This document shows, one piece after another, positions 19,485 to 28,254 of a DNA stretch of 64,000 nucleotides. The stretch is from the NCBI GenBank assembly GCA_963704655.1, contig OY969927.1, positions 352,001 to 416,000 of the forward strand, read 5' to 3'. The notes below the pieces were generated by a model. It ran no database searches and was not told the origin of the DNA. It was given only the letters and a program-made list of their open reading frames with translations. The stretch is from an uncultured Candidatus Babeliaceae bacterium (GTDB lineage: Bacteria; Babelota; Babeliae; Babelales; Babelaceae). The translations under genes were made by a program, and so were the position numbers. Positions within the stretch are counted from its first letter, which is position 1, and each line of letters begins with the position of its first letter.

Positions 19485-19928
19485 ATGAAAGTATTTTTAT
19501 TAAAAGATGTTGAACAAGTAGGCATGGCTGGCCAAATGATTAAAGTTTCTGATGGTTACGCAACTAATTTTCTTCTTCCAAGAAAGCTAGCCGTTGAGAT
19601 TACGCCAGAAAATGAAGCTCGATTTTTAAGCAAAATTCGTGTGGTTGAAAAGCACAAAGAGGTCGTTGCAACAAAGACTTCTATGCTTGCTGAAAAAATT
19701 AAGCACATCGAATTGAAAATTAAACGTAAGCTTGCTGAAGGCGATAAATTATATGGCGCTATTTCTGCTGGCGATATTGTAGAGCTTTTGGCTGCTGAAG
19801 GCGTTTCGGTTTCTAAGAACCAAATTGAGTTTGGTAAATCTATCAAAACAAAAGGTACTCACGAATTCACCGTTAAACTTTCAAGCACGTTAAAACCAAC
19901 TTGCAAAATTAAAGTATTGGCAGAATAA
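19485..19928 (+). CDS. rplI: 50S ribosomal protein L9
   Basis: MKVFLLKDV..VG..G..IKVSDGYA.NFLLP, KLYGAI. Confidence 0.97.
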   Translation: MKVFLLKDVEQVGMAGQMIKVSDGYATNFLLPRKLAVEITPENEARFLSKIRVVEKHKEVVATKTSMLAEKIKHIELKIKRKLAEGDKLYGAISAGDIVELLAAEGVSVSKNQIEFGKSIKTKGTHEFTVKLSSTLKPTCKIKVLAE

Positions 19929-19936
19929 TCTCATTT

Positions 19937-21310
19937 ATGCGAACATCATCTGCTATTGCACCAGGTGGAAAAAGAGAATTTGCCGACGCCGAAAGACTCC
20001 TGGGTAAATCTTTACCTTGTAATCTTGAGGCAGAGCGGGCTGTTCTTGGCTCAATATTATTTAATGATGAGCATCTTCCTGTTGTAAGCGAACTTATTTC
20101 CGCTGAGGATTTCTATTCTCCTGCGCATAAAGTTATTTTTGCTGCTTGTGTTGCTATTGTTCAAACGCAAAGGCGTATTGATTTGGTGACCTTGCAGGAT
20201 GAACTTGAAAAGCAGGGTACTCTTGCTCAATGTGGCGGGCTTGTCTACTTAGTCTCATTACAAGAGGATATCCCTCTTGTGGGCTTAGTGTCCCAGCATG
20301 CGCAGATTATAAAAGAGAAGTCGGTCTTGCGTCAGCTTATTCATTCTGCTACTCAAATTATTGGGCAGTGTTATATGCAGAGTGATAAGGGCATCGAGGC
20401 TATGCTTGATGAAGCGGAAAAGACTATCTTTAAAATCTCTGCACAGCGGTCGCCTTCTAATTTTGTGCAGCTGACTATTTGGTTGAATAAAACCTTTCAG
20501 CAACTTTCGCAACTTAAGGGGCATGGCAAGGGTATCACGGGCATAACATCTGGGTATAAGATTCTTGATGAGATGACCTCTGGTTTTCAAAAGGGTGACC
20601 TTATTGTATTAGCTGCACGACCATCTATGGGTAAAACTGCATTGGCGTTGAGTTTAGCTCGTAATGCTTGTCTTAATGGCGGTACGGTCGGTTTTTTCTC
20701 CCTTGAGATGGGTGCCGAGCAGTTGACATTACGTTTGCTTTCTTCTGAATCGCGTATTGCGCACCATGCTATACGTAATGCTTCTATAACTTCAGATGAG
20801 TGGATGGAGCTTGCAGATGTTGCTGGGCAACTTTCGCAGATGAAACTTTTTATTGATGATACTGCCATGCAGAGCATTATGGATATTCGTGCCAAAGCGC
20901 GAAAGCTTAAAGCGGAACATAATTTACAATTTCTTGTTATTGATTATCTTCAGCTTATTCACTCAAGCAAGGCGCATGAAAATAGGCACCAAGAAGTTTC
21001 TGAGATTTCACGTTCCTTAAAAGCGCTTGCCAAAGAGTTGGCTATTCCCATTGTGGCACTTTCTCAGCTTTCTCGTGCGGTTGATAGCCGTATGGACAAG
21101 CGGCCCATGCTTTCTGATTTGCGGGAATCTGGTGCTATTGAACAGGATGCCGATCTTATTATGTTCTTGTATCGTGATATTGTTTACAATAGTGATACGG
21201 AAGACCCACAACTTGCGGAACTTATTATTGGTAAGCAACGTAATGGCCCTACGGGGACGGTGTATTTGCACTTTCAAAATGAACTTACGTTATTTGAAGA
21301 TAAAGAGTAG
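19937..21310 (+). CDS. dnaB: Replicative DNA helicase
   Basis: EAERAVLG, AARPSMGKT, IDYLQL, SQLSR, SDLRESGAIEQDAD, KQRNGPTG. Confidence 0.98.
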   Translation: MRTSSAIAPGGKREFADAERLLGKSLPCNLEAERAVLGSILFNDEHLPVVSELISAEDFYSPAHKVIFAACVAIVQTQRRIDLVTLQDELEKQGTLAQCGGLVYLVSLQEDIPLVGLVSQHAQIIKEKSVLRQLIHSATQIIGQCYMQSDKGIEAMLDEAEKTIFKISAQRSPSNFVQLTIWLNKTFQQLSQLKGHGKGITGITSGYKILDEMTSGFQKGDLIVLAARPSMGKTALALSLARNACLNGGTVGFFSLEMGAEQLTLRLLSSESRIAHHAIRNASITSDEWMELADVAGQLSQMKLFIDDTAMQSIMDIRAKARKLKAEHNLQFLVIDYLQLIHSSKAHENRHQEVSEISRSLKALAKELAIPIVALSQLSRAVDSRMDKRPMLSDLRESGAIEQDADLIMFLYRDIVYNSDTEDPQLAELIIGKQRNGPTGTVYLHFQNELTLFEDKE

Positions 21311-21336
21311 CCTGTTATAAAAAAGCAGGAGAGTGT

Positions 21337-21819
21337 ATGGTAGTATTGGGGATAGATCCGGGAACGCGTGTTTCTGGTTTTGTGATTTTTAAAAAAGAAA
21401 ATCGGCAAGTTTCTGTATTAGATTACGGTACATTAAGTATGCCGGCTAGCCAAGAACTTACTGACCGTGTTGCGGAATTCTTTTCTTTTTTTAAAGATAA
21501 AATAGAGAAGTTTTCTGTGTCTGATATCGCTATTGAAACGCCATTTCTTGGTAAAAACGCCTCTAATTATCTCAAGCTTGGATATTTACGCGGTGCTGTC
21601 TATATTCTTACTTCTCAGTATAAGCTTGTTTTACATGAATATTCCCCCCGTGAGGTTAAGTTGTCTGTTACGGGGTTTGGCGGGGCGGACAAAGAACAGG
21701 TTGCCCGTATGGTTCTTCGCCTGTTTCCGGGGTTTGTTATGCCGGCTAAATATGATCTTACGGATGCGTTTGGCGTCGGGATTTGCTGTGTTTGGACCGC
21801 GCGGATGGTACGGGTCTGA
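21337..21819 (+). CDS. ruvC: Holliday junction resolvase
   Basis: LGIDPG, IE.PF, EYSP.EVK..VTG.G.A.K.QV, DLTDA. Confidence 0.95.
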   Translation: MVVLGIDPGTRVSGFVIFKKENRQVSVLDYGTLSMPASQELTDRVAEFFSFFKDKIEKFSVSDIAIETPFLGKNASNYLKLGYLRGAVYILTSQYKLVLHEYSPREVKLSVTGFGGADKEQVARMVLRLFPGFVMPAKYDLTDAFGVGICCVWTARMVRV

Positions 21820-21850
21820 TAATTTAAAGTGTAATTAATAGTTTTTCCCG

Positions 21851-21895
21851 CCCGTGCACCCTGAGTGTTCACCGTAAGGTGAATGTATCGAAGGG
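21851..21895. repeat. Palindromic repeat, 'ccg..caccctgag...tcgaaggg' family
   Basis: cccgtgcaccctgagtgttcaccgtaaggtgaatgtatcgaaggg; relatives near 22269, 35088, 36678, 57990, 61294. Confidence 0.85.
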
Positions 21896-22042
21896 TTATA
21901 AGTTTATTGATTTTTTGCACTATTATTAAAAGAACTATTGATTTTATAGTCTTTTATCTTTTATAATTAAAGTAGTTATTGACAGTTGTTGTCATATTAA
22001 CCATTGTAAGGTGGACGAATGTCCATTTAAAAAGGAGATGTC

Positions 22043-22183
22043 ATGGTAAAGAAAACCTTGTCACATACAAAGAAAACTGCTTCTACGGCTAAACGTCGTA
22101 AAGTAGTTAAATCTACTAAATCAAAAACTACGGCTAAACGTAGTGCTAAGAAGTCGAAAAAAGGCTTTTTTAGCTGGTTTTAA
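22043..22183 (+). CDS. 46-aa Lys-rich histone-like protein with C-terminal amphipathic tail (not in ORF track)
   Basis: AAGGAG SD; MVKKTLSHTKKTASTAKRRKVVKSTKSKTTAKRSAKKSKKGFFSWF*; candidate TTGATT-18-TATAAT promoter at 21938-21967; terminator directly downstream. Confidence 0.8.
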   Translation: MVKKTLSHTKKTASTAKRRKVVKSTKSKTTAKRSAKKSKKGFFSWF

Positions 22184-22189
22184 TCTTTT

Positions 22190-22219
22190 GCCCAGTTCTT
22201 AATTGAGCTGGGCTTTTTT
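22190..22219 (+). terminator. Intrinsic terminator
   Basis: gcccagttc-ttaatt-gagctgggc followed by a T run. Confidence 0.85.
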
Positions 22220-22256
22220 ATCTCGCTCCGCTTCTGATAATTCGCTTTTATCCGAA

Positions 22257-22333
22257 TGGTTCGATACACCGTGCATCCTGAGTGTTTACCGCTAGGTGAA
22301 TGTATCGAAGGGCACGGCACTCACCATGCACGG
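22257..22333. repeat. Nested palindromic repeats
   Basis: Outer tggttcgatac...cactcaccatgcacgg encloses an inner ccgtgcatcctgagtg...tcgaaggg. Confidence 0.7.
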
Positions 22334-22538
22334 AAATTTATTGCAATTTTTTTAGCGCTACCGCTCCTTCATGCATGGACGTCCCTGCGCTCTGCGTTGT
22401 TAATCACAACGCTTTCTGCTTGGGCTCGCCATGATTCAGGGCGTACGCTCCTTACGCTACTATTGATTTCTGTCTCAAGTTTTAATTATAATTAATAATA
22501 GAAATATAATTTTATGATTATTAAGCTATTGGGATTTT

Positions 22539-23351
22539 ATGAAAAAACATTTTTTTATCGCATTGCTCTTTTTTATTTCAGGCATATCAGCTCACCTCAA
22601 TTATATTCTTCGTCCAATGTCGCCAGAAGTAAGGGAAAAGCAACTGATTAATGATCAAAAATATAGCACCGCTTATGAAATAATTTCTCATGGTGATAAG
22701 ACTGCCAATACCAAATTACTAAACCAGGCCCAAGTACAATTTGAAGAGATTATTGATGAAGCAAAAAAAGATCCTGAAGCGGTATCTGAAAGAACGCTTT
22801 TAGCTACTCAATATCGCCTTGGATTGCTTTATTACAATATAGGTGTTGTTTCACCACAAGAAGATATCTTTTTGCAAAGTTTGAATAAAGCTAAGGAGTT
22901 ACTTTTGCCCGTAACGCAAGCGGCTCCGGAGGCGGTCTTGCCATTTATATATGTGCATAGCTGTTATCTTATGGCTAATATATATTGGTTTGGTAATGAT
23001 AAAGATGATGAATACAAAGCAGAACGATTTTTTAGAAAAGTTATCGCATATGATATTCAACATCCAGAATTTAAGAATGACGATATGATTCGTCCTATTG
23101 TGGTTTCTACGCGCATAGCACTTGCAAGACTGTTAAGTTACCATGATAATTTTTTTAAAGAGGCTCAATCAAGGTATCAAGCTCTTTATTATGAGCTTGA
23201 AAAAAATCCAATTACTGACCCAAATAAAGCCGCTTATATTAAAGATGGACTTAATGCTTTAAAAGCGACATTGCTTAAAAAAATGCATGCACGTATGCCA
23301 CAGCAAGAAGAAAGTCGTGAAAGATATGCAAGACAGGATTTACGGATATAA
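22539..23351 (+). CDS. Exported helical-repeat (TPR/SEL1-like) hypothetical protein
   Basis: Signal peptide; AxYxLGxxY-like helical pairs. Confidence 0.6.
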   Translation: MKKHFFIALLFFISGISAHLNYILRPMSPEVREKQLINDQKYSTAYEIISHGDKTANTKLLNQAQVQFEEIIDEAKKDPEAVSERTLLATQYRLGLLYYNIGVVSPQEDIFLQSLNKAKELLLPVTQAAPEAVLPFIYVHSCYLMANIYWFGNDKDDEYKAERFFRKVIAYDIQHPEFKNDDMIRPIVVSTRIALARLLSYHDNFFKEAQSRYQALYYELEKNPITDPNKAAYIKDGLNALKATLLKKMHARMPQQEESRERYARQDLRI

Positions 23352-23415
23352 GTTTTATTGCTATTTGGGATAAAATAATGTCAGTTTGATGAAAAAAATG
23401 TATTTCTTCAAAAGA

Positions 23416-23807
23416 CCCGCTCACCCAGAGCGAAGCGTAGCGCAGTCGAAGGGTTGGGGATATAAGTAACTTATTATTTTTTAAAACCTGCAAAACCGTG
23501 CTGTATTAAAATTTCTTTTTTTCTTCGGCCTCAGCCTTTAATTTTTGGTTTTGCCAACCAAGCTTCATCTCGAGTTTGAAAGAGCTCCGAATAAACCAAC
23601 TTAACTGGGCGCCACGTAGATGTATAATTTTCGAATGCTCCCGATTGATGCTCAGCAAATCTTTTTTGAAGATCATCTGTATGACCTATATAATATGATT
23701 TATCATTGCAGCGCAATATATATAAATAAAAACCATTCATAATCATATTTTTCTCATTTATATCCCCAACCCTTCGACTGCGCTACGCTTCGCTCTGGGT
23801 GAGCGGG
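23416..23807. mobile_element. GIY-YIG nuclease cassette bounded by perfect 50-bp inverted repeats
   Basis: 23416-23465 is the exact reverse complement of 23758-23807. Confidence 0.75.
23474..23740 (-). pseudogene. GIY-YIG nuclease (UPF0213/YhbQ-like) with internal TGA
   Basis: FYLYILRCND.SYYIGHT.DL..R..EH. TGA at 23531-23533 replaces the Trp of KIKGW, and the frame continues GRRKKEILI... to TAA at 23474. Confidence 0.85.
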
Positions 23808-23980
23808 GGCGGACAGGCGACTCGACGGAGTTTATACTGAGCCCTTCGATTGGTGCGTAAACGCACTATTTTACTCAGGATGAACTGCGTCGAAGTACTC
23901 AGTGTGACCCAGCCGTCGCCTCGGGTTTACTCCTGAGTAACGATAGCGTATTGAAGGGCTATGGCGGGCATGGGCGGGGG
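23808..23980. repeat. Cluster of nested degenerate palindromic repeats
   Basis: Interleaved fragments of cccttcgat...actcaggatgaac, ccagccgtcgcc...ggctatggcgggc and ctcctgagt...gaaggg. Confidence 0.65.
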
Positions 23981-24018
23981 TAAATTACGATAATTATAGG
24001 TTTAAGAAAAACTCTTTT

Positions 24019-24170
24019 AAAACAAACCATCGCATTAGTTTGCACCAATGCGATGGAAAAAAGGAGAGTAGTAATGAAGCCTAGTTATATGCCCCTTTTG
24101 AAGGGGATGGCGGGGAAGACCCGCGCGTCATATGAAAACTTATAATTTCTCTAATAAAGCTTATTTATAT
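24019..24170 (-). ncRNA. Putative structured small RNA with anti-SD/anti-start motif
   Basis: Own promoter; hairpins gcggg/cccgc and cccctt/aagggg; CUUCAUUACUACUCUCCUUUUUU tract; terminator hairpin 24027-24056 followed by a U-rich run on the minus strand. Confidence 0.5.
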
Positions 24171-24176
24171 AGTATA

Positions 24177-24204
24177 ATTCTACCAGTATTTGTATCTTTG
24201 TCAA
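24177..24204 (-). promoter_or_regulatory. Sigma70-like promoter TTGACA-16-TAGAAT
   Basis: Near-consensus match on the minus strand, downstream of the recF stop. Confidence 0.6.
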
Positions 24205-24245
24205 CTCTTTTAAAAATGAAAAAGCTTATAGTTGCGGGCTCGATT

Positions 24246-25427
24246 TCAGGCTGAAATTTCCCGCATGGAAGAAAGGTTACTTTTTGGGATAAGTGGCACC
24301 TGATCGGGGGAATCGATAGTTATAAGATTAAATCCGCTTTGTTCCGCGCAAAGGGAGTATAAAAAGGCGTTAGGCTGGGGGGTGGTGATAATAAGCTGCA
24401 CCTGGAGCCCAAATAAGAGTTTTAAGAGCTTTTTGACCCGTATTTCATCAAAATCGGTAAGGAAATCGTCTATAAGAAAAAGAATAGAGCTATTACTGCT
24501 TGAAGTTAGATCTCCCAATAAAAGACGTGCTTGGGCTATTTTAAGGAGCATAACTGCCAATTTTTGTTGACCGCGAGAAGCAAATGAGCGAGAATTGCGT
24601 TCGTGTACTAAGAATTCGATATCATCAAGATGTGGGCCATAAAGGTTGCGCTGTGCGCGTAATTCATCGTTAAGAAGGTGTTCGCGCTCTTCTTGGGTGG
24701 CTATACTGCGCTTTTCATGATAATTAAAGGTTAAAAAGTTTTCTGCCAGGGGTGAGCCAGAAGAGGCTGTGTCGTATAATTTAATTATTTCAGTAATTTT
24801 TGTCTTTAATTGAGTTAAGTAATGTATCCTATATCGTATAATCTCATGTGAGGTAGCGATTAATTGGTCTGTCCATAGAATGTATTGTTCTTCATGGAAG
24901 CGATGCTCTTGGATGATCTTGGTTCTTTGATCAACGATCTTGCGTAATGATTTAAGTAAGTTATGGTAATGGGGCTCTTGAATAGAAAGGGCGTTATCTA
25001 TCATTGATCTTCGTGCTTCTGGGTAACCCTTAATGCATTGAAGGTCATCTTCTATAAAGGTGACCACTTTATAGCTTTTTATCAGCTCGTTATATGAGCT
25101 GATAGTTGCACCATCTAGTTTTATGACTCGCTTTTTGCCCGACACGCCGATAAAAAGATCGTCTGTCGTTGTTGTTATCTGGATAGTAAAACCGGAAACT
25201 CCGGAACCGGTAACTTCTGAGTTGTCATTGCATAATTCTATTGGTAAATGCGTTCTAAATGAACGCAAGTAACAGCCATAGTGAAGAGCTTCCAGTATTG
25301 ACGTCTTACCAGAACCGTTGCTCCCTTGAATAATGGTTACTCCCGGAAAATCGGTACCGGGAGTAATATTAAATGTAGCTTGCTTAAAGCAGCGAAAATT
25401 TCTGAGCGTGATACGTGTTACCGACAT
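24246..25427 (-). CDS. recF: DNA replication/repair protein RecF
   Basis: LRNFRC, GSNGSGKTSILEA, GPHLDD, ASRGQQK, LIDD...DFD. Confidence 0.93.
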   Translation of the reverse strand: MSVTRITLRNFRCFKQATFNITPGTDFPGVTIIQGSNGSGKTSILEALHYGCYLRSFRTHLPIELCNDNSEVTGSGVSGFTIQITTTTDDLFIGVSGKKRVIKLDGATISSYNELIKSYKVVTFIEDDLQCIKGYPEARRSMIDNALSIQEPHYHNLLKSLRKIVDQRTKIIQEHRFHEEQYILWTDQLIATSHEIIRYRIHYLTQLKTKITEIIKLYDTASSGSPLAENFLTFNYHEKRSIATQEEREHLLNDELRAQRNLYGPHLDDIEFLVHERNSRSFASRGQQKLAVMLLKIAQARLLLGDLTSSSNSSILFLIDDFLTDFDEIRVKKLLKLLFGLQVQLIITTPQPNAFLYSLCAEQSGFNLITIDSPDQVPLIPKSNLSSMREISA

Positions 25428-25436
25428 ACTTTGTAA

Positions 25437-26561
25437 CTATCCTTGTGCCTGTGCTGCAGAAACTGGCATAACAAGATAAAGTCGGTTTATTTTTGGTGAC
25501 GCTGCTTCAAAAATAATAGGCTTTGTTGCAGAATGAAGATAGAAAGAGATATTTTCTTCAAAGCTTTGTACGCCACTTAAAAGATACGGTGCATAAAAAC
25601 GTACATCTATTTCATCATGGGTATAATCAAATAGCGGAACCCGTTCATTAAGCTTACCCACTTCTTTATTATTCATAACAACATGCACAGCATTATTCGA
25701 AAATTTAAACTGTGTTGCAATAAATTGGCCCGAAAGCAGACACGTAGAACGTTTAAGCGTTTTAATAAAATGTGCACGGTCAAGCTTAGCGGCATGGAAA
25801 CCTTCTTTTTGTAAAATAGGTTGATACTTTGGAAAAGTATCGACTAATAATTTTGAAAAGAAGTTAAAATGTTGCCCAGAAAAAACAAGTTGTGCTGAGC
25901 AGGTACCTACAAAGAGTGACGTGTCTTGGTATGAATCAAGAATCTTTTTTAATTCAAAAACAGCGCGGCGGGGTAATAACCATGACTGTGCGGTTTCGAG
26001 TGTAAATTCGGTAGAGCTTACTTGCGCTAAGCTGTGACCATCTGTTGCGGTCATTTTAAACATACCAGGTGAAACTTCTATAAAAAGACCATTTAAAGCC
26101 GGGTTTGAATTATTTTGTGGCACCAAGAAACTCACGCCCTCTAACATGCTTTTGAATGTCGCGCTTTCAATTTGCATGAGATTTTCTATGCGTTCCGGCA
26201 ATGGCGGAAATTCTTGTGCGTCTTTGATGTTTAATGATAAGTGTACATCGTCACAGGTTATATGTAGTTGGTTTTCATGTAACTCTAATGTGATAGTATT
26301 GCTCAGTTCTTTTACGATATCAAAGATGCGTTTTCCCGGAACAAGAAACTGTTCTGCTTGACGAAAATCGCTTTCAACAACACTGCAGCTTGCTTGTAAG
26401 CTGATCTCTAAATCGGTACTTTTTAATATTAACTCTTTTGCACCAACTTGGAACATAATGCAGCTTGTGGCATCAAGCGTTGTCCTGCGCGTACAAATAG
26501 GTTGCATAGCGGTTAAAATTGAGAGTAACTCTTTCTGTTCTATAATAAATTTTTTTTCCAT
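25437..26561 (-). CDS. dnaN: DNA polymerase III beta sliding clamp
   Basis: STDLEI, FPPLP, ALNG, ATDGH.L, FPKY, LVMPV. Confidence 0.95.
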   Translation of the reverse strand: MEKKFIIEQKELLSILTAMQPICTRRTTLDATSCIMFQVGAKELILKSTDLEISLQASCSVVESDFRQAEQFLVPGKRIFDIVKELSNTITLELHENQLHITCDDVHLSLNIKDAQEFPPLPERIENLMQIESATFKSMLEGVSFLVPQNNSNPALNGLFIEVSPGMFKMTATDGHSLAQVSSTEFTLETAQSWLLPRRAVFELKKILDSYQDTSLFVGTCSAQLVFSGQHFNFFSKLLVDTFPKYQPILQKEGFHAAKLDRAHFIKTLKRSTCLLSGQFIATQFKFSNNAVHVVMNNKEVGKLNERVPLFDYTHDEIDVRFYAPYLLSGVQSFEENISFYLHSATKPIIFEAASPKINRLYLVMPVSAAQAQG

Positions 26562-26705
26562 AACTACCTATAGTATTAAAAAAAGAATGGTAACTAGACT
26601 ATCTCATAGTATACCATAGCATAAGCTTTTTTCCTGTTAATTTTTTTTAAGTATTGATTTGTGTGCGCATACTATGTTCTAATAAAAAAAACATTCAAAA
26701 ACAAT

Positions 26706-26789
26706 GGGAACACTCTTGTTTATCAAATTTACCGTGATACCGGCTTATCACAACTTGTTGCAACTGTGCCTGCATCTGGAATATTTTAG
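26706..26789 (+). pseudogene. Remnant of the YVTN-array C-terminal domain
   Basis: Translates GNTLVYQIYRDTGLSQLVATVPASGIF*. Preceded by the same intergenic repeat (26651) as at 28187 and 30822. Confidence 0.75.
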
Positions 26790-26862
26790 ATATTGATTCT
26801 TATGATCATACTATTTTATTGTTTTATTGATTAAGAAAAAAACAAATACGAAAGTGTAGAGC

Positions 26863-28185
26863 ATGTACAAAAAAACTTTTATCTCATTATTCTTATTATT
26901 TATTGCAATATGTCATGCACAAATACCGAACGAAATTCTTTCAACACCCGCACTTACGGGAATCTTTGATGGCCCTGGAGGGGGAGTAGCAATAACACCT
27001 AATGGTGAATATGCCTATGTTACTAACGGGGCCGGAACTACTGTAAGCGTTATACAAATTTCTAATAATACTCTATATGCAACAATATCTGGTTTTGATT
27101 TACCGCAAGGAATAGCAATAACACCGGATGGACAATATGCCTATGTCACTAACGAGGCCGGAACTACTGTAAGCGTTATTGATCTTAGGCCAGCAAGTCC
27201 CACCTATAATCAGATAGTATCAACAATAACTGTTTCTGGTCAACCATTTGTAATAACAATAACACCGAATGGTGATTATGCCTATGTTTCTAATGTCGCA
27301 TACGTTATAAATGTTATTAAAACTTCTGATAATACCGTGCTAGTAACACCAGGATTAACAAACACTTTTAGAGAACCCAATGGAATAGCAATAACCCCAG
27401 ATAATCTTTTTGCCTATGCTGCTGATTCTCAAGAAAATACGGTTAGTGTTATTGATATTGATCCTTCAAGTGCCAACTATAATACGATAAAAGAAGTTAT
27501 AACTGGTTTTTCTTATCCCGATATAATAGCAATAACACCAGATGGACAATATGCCTATGTTGCTAATGCTGGTAATAGTGGGGGGTGTGTAAGTGTTATT
27601 GATCTGAGGCCAGCAAGCTCCACCTATAATCAGATATTATCAACACCAGGATTAACAACTGGTTTTAATGAACCCAGAGGGCTAGCAATAACACCAGATG
27701 GGCAATATGTCTATGTTACTAATACCAATGGAAATAGTGTAAGTGTTATACAAATTTCTAGTAATACCATACTTTCAACACCTGGTTTAACGAGTGGTTT
27801 TGATGAGCCCTTTGCAGTAGCAGTGACACCTGATGGACAATATGTCTATGTTGCTGATTTTGGTGCTAATAGTGTGGTTGTTCTCTACAGCCCCGCACCC
27901 TTGAATGCTAGTGGTTGCAAAAGAAAGGATAACTTTTTAACGCAAACAGATAACTATAATCATCTTACCTGGTCAGCACCAGAAGCGGGTTCACCCGCTG
28001 CATATCAAATTTACCGCGATGCAGCATTAACGCAATTAGTTGCAACTGTGCCTGCCTCTGGCATTTTGCAGTATGATGATCATAATCGAAATCCAAATGT
28101 AAATTACACCTATTATATTGTTGCAGTTGATGCTTCAGGAAATCTTTCATCGCCTGCTGTTACTACCGTTACACAATCTTGTTAG
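26863..28185 (+). CDS. Secreted YVTN/YncE beta-propeller protein with FN3-like C-terminal domain
   Basis: Signal peptide; repeated AITPDGQYAYVTN....VSVI; C-terminal domain GCKRK...TTVTQSC. Confidence 0.88.
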   Translation: MYKKTFISLFLLFIAICHAQIPNEILSTPALTGIFDGPGGGVAITPNGEYAYVTNGAGTTVSVIQISNNTLYATISGFDLPQGIAITPDGQYAYVTNEAGTTVSVIDLRPASPTYNQIVSTITVSGQPFVITITPNGDYAYVSNVAYVINVIKTSDNTVLVTPGLTNTFREPNGIAITPDNLFAYAADSQENTVSVIDIDPSSANYNTIKEVITGFSYPDIIAITPDGQYAYVANAGNSGGCVSVIDLRPASSTYNQILSTPGLTTGFNEPRGLAITPDGQYVYVTNTNGNSVSVIQISSNTILSTPGLTSGFDEPFAVAVTPDGQYVYVADFGANSVVVLYSPAPLNASGCKRKDNFLTQTDNYNHLTWSAPEAGSPAAYQIYRDAALTQLVATVPASGILQYDDHNRNPNVNYTYYIVAVDASGNLSSPAVTTVTQSC

Positions 28186-28254
28186 AGGTATTGATTTGTA
28201 TGCGCACAATATGTTTTAGTAAGAAAAAAATTCAAACTTTTGAAAGCGGGTATC

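Noticed and set aside
22256-22495. 79-aa ORF
   Set aside because: Built largely from nested repeats; no SD and no protein-like features
23531-23533. TGA at a conserved Trp position suggesting UGA recoding
   Set aside because: Other genes use TGG for Trp and end in TGA (e.g. ddpX, ruvC); a nonsense mutation is simpler
21851-23980. CRISPR array
   Set aside because: Repeats are dispersed, inverted or nested, without regular spacers; no cas genes
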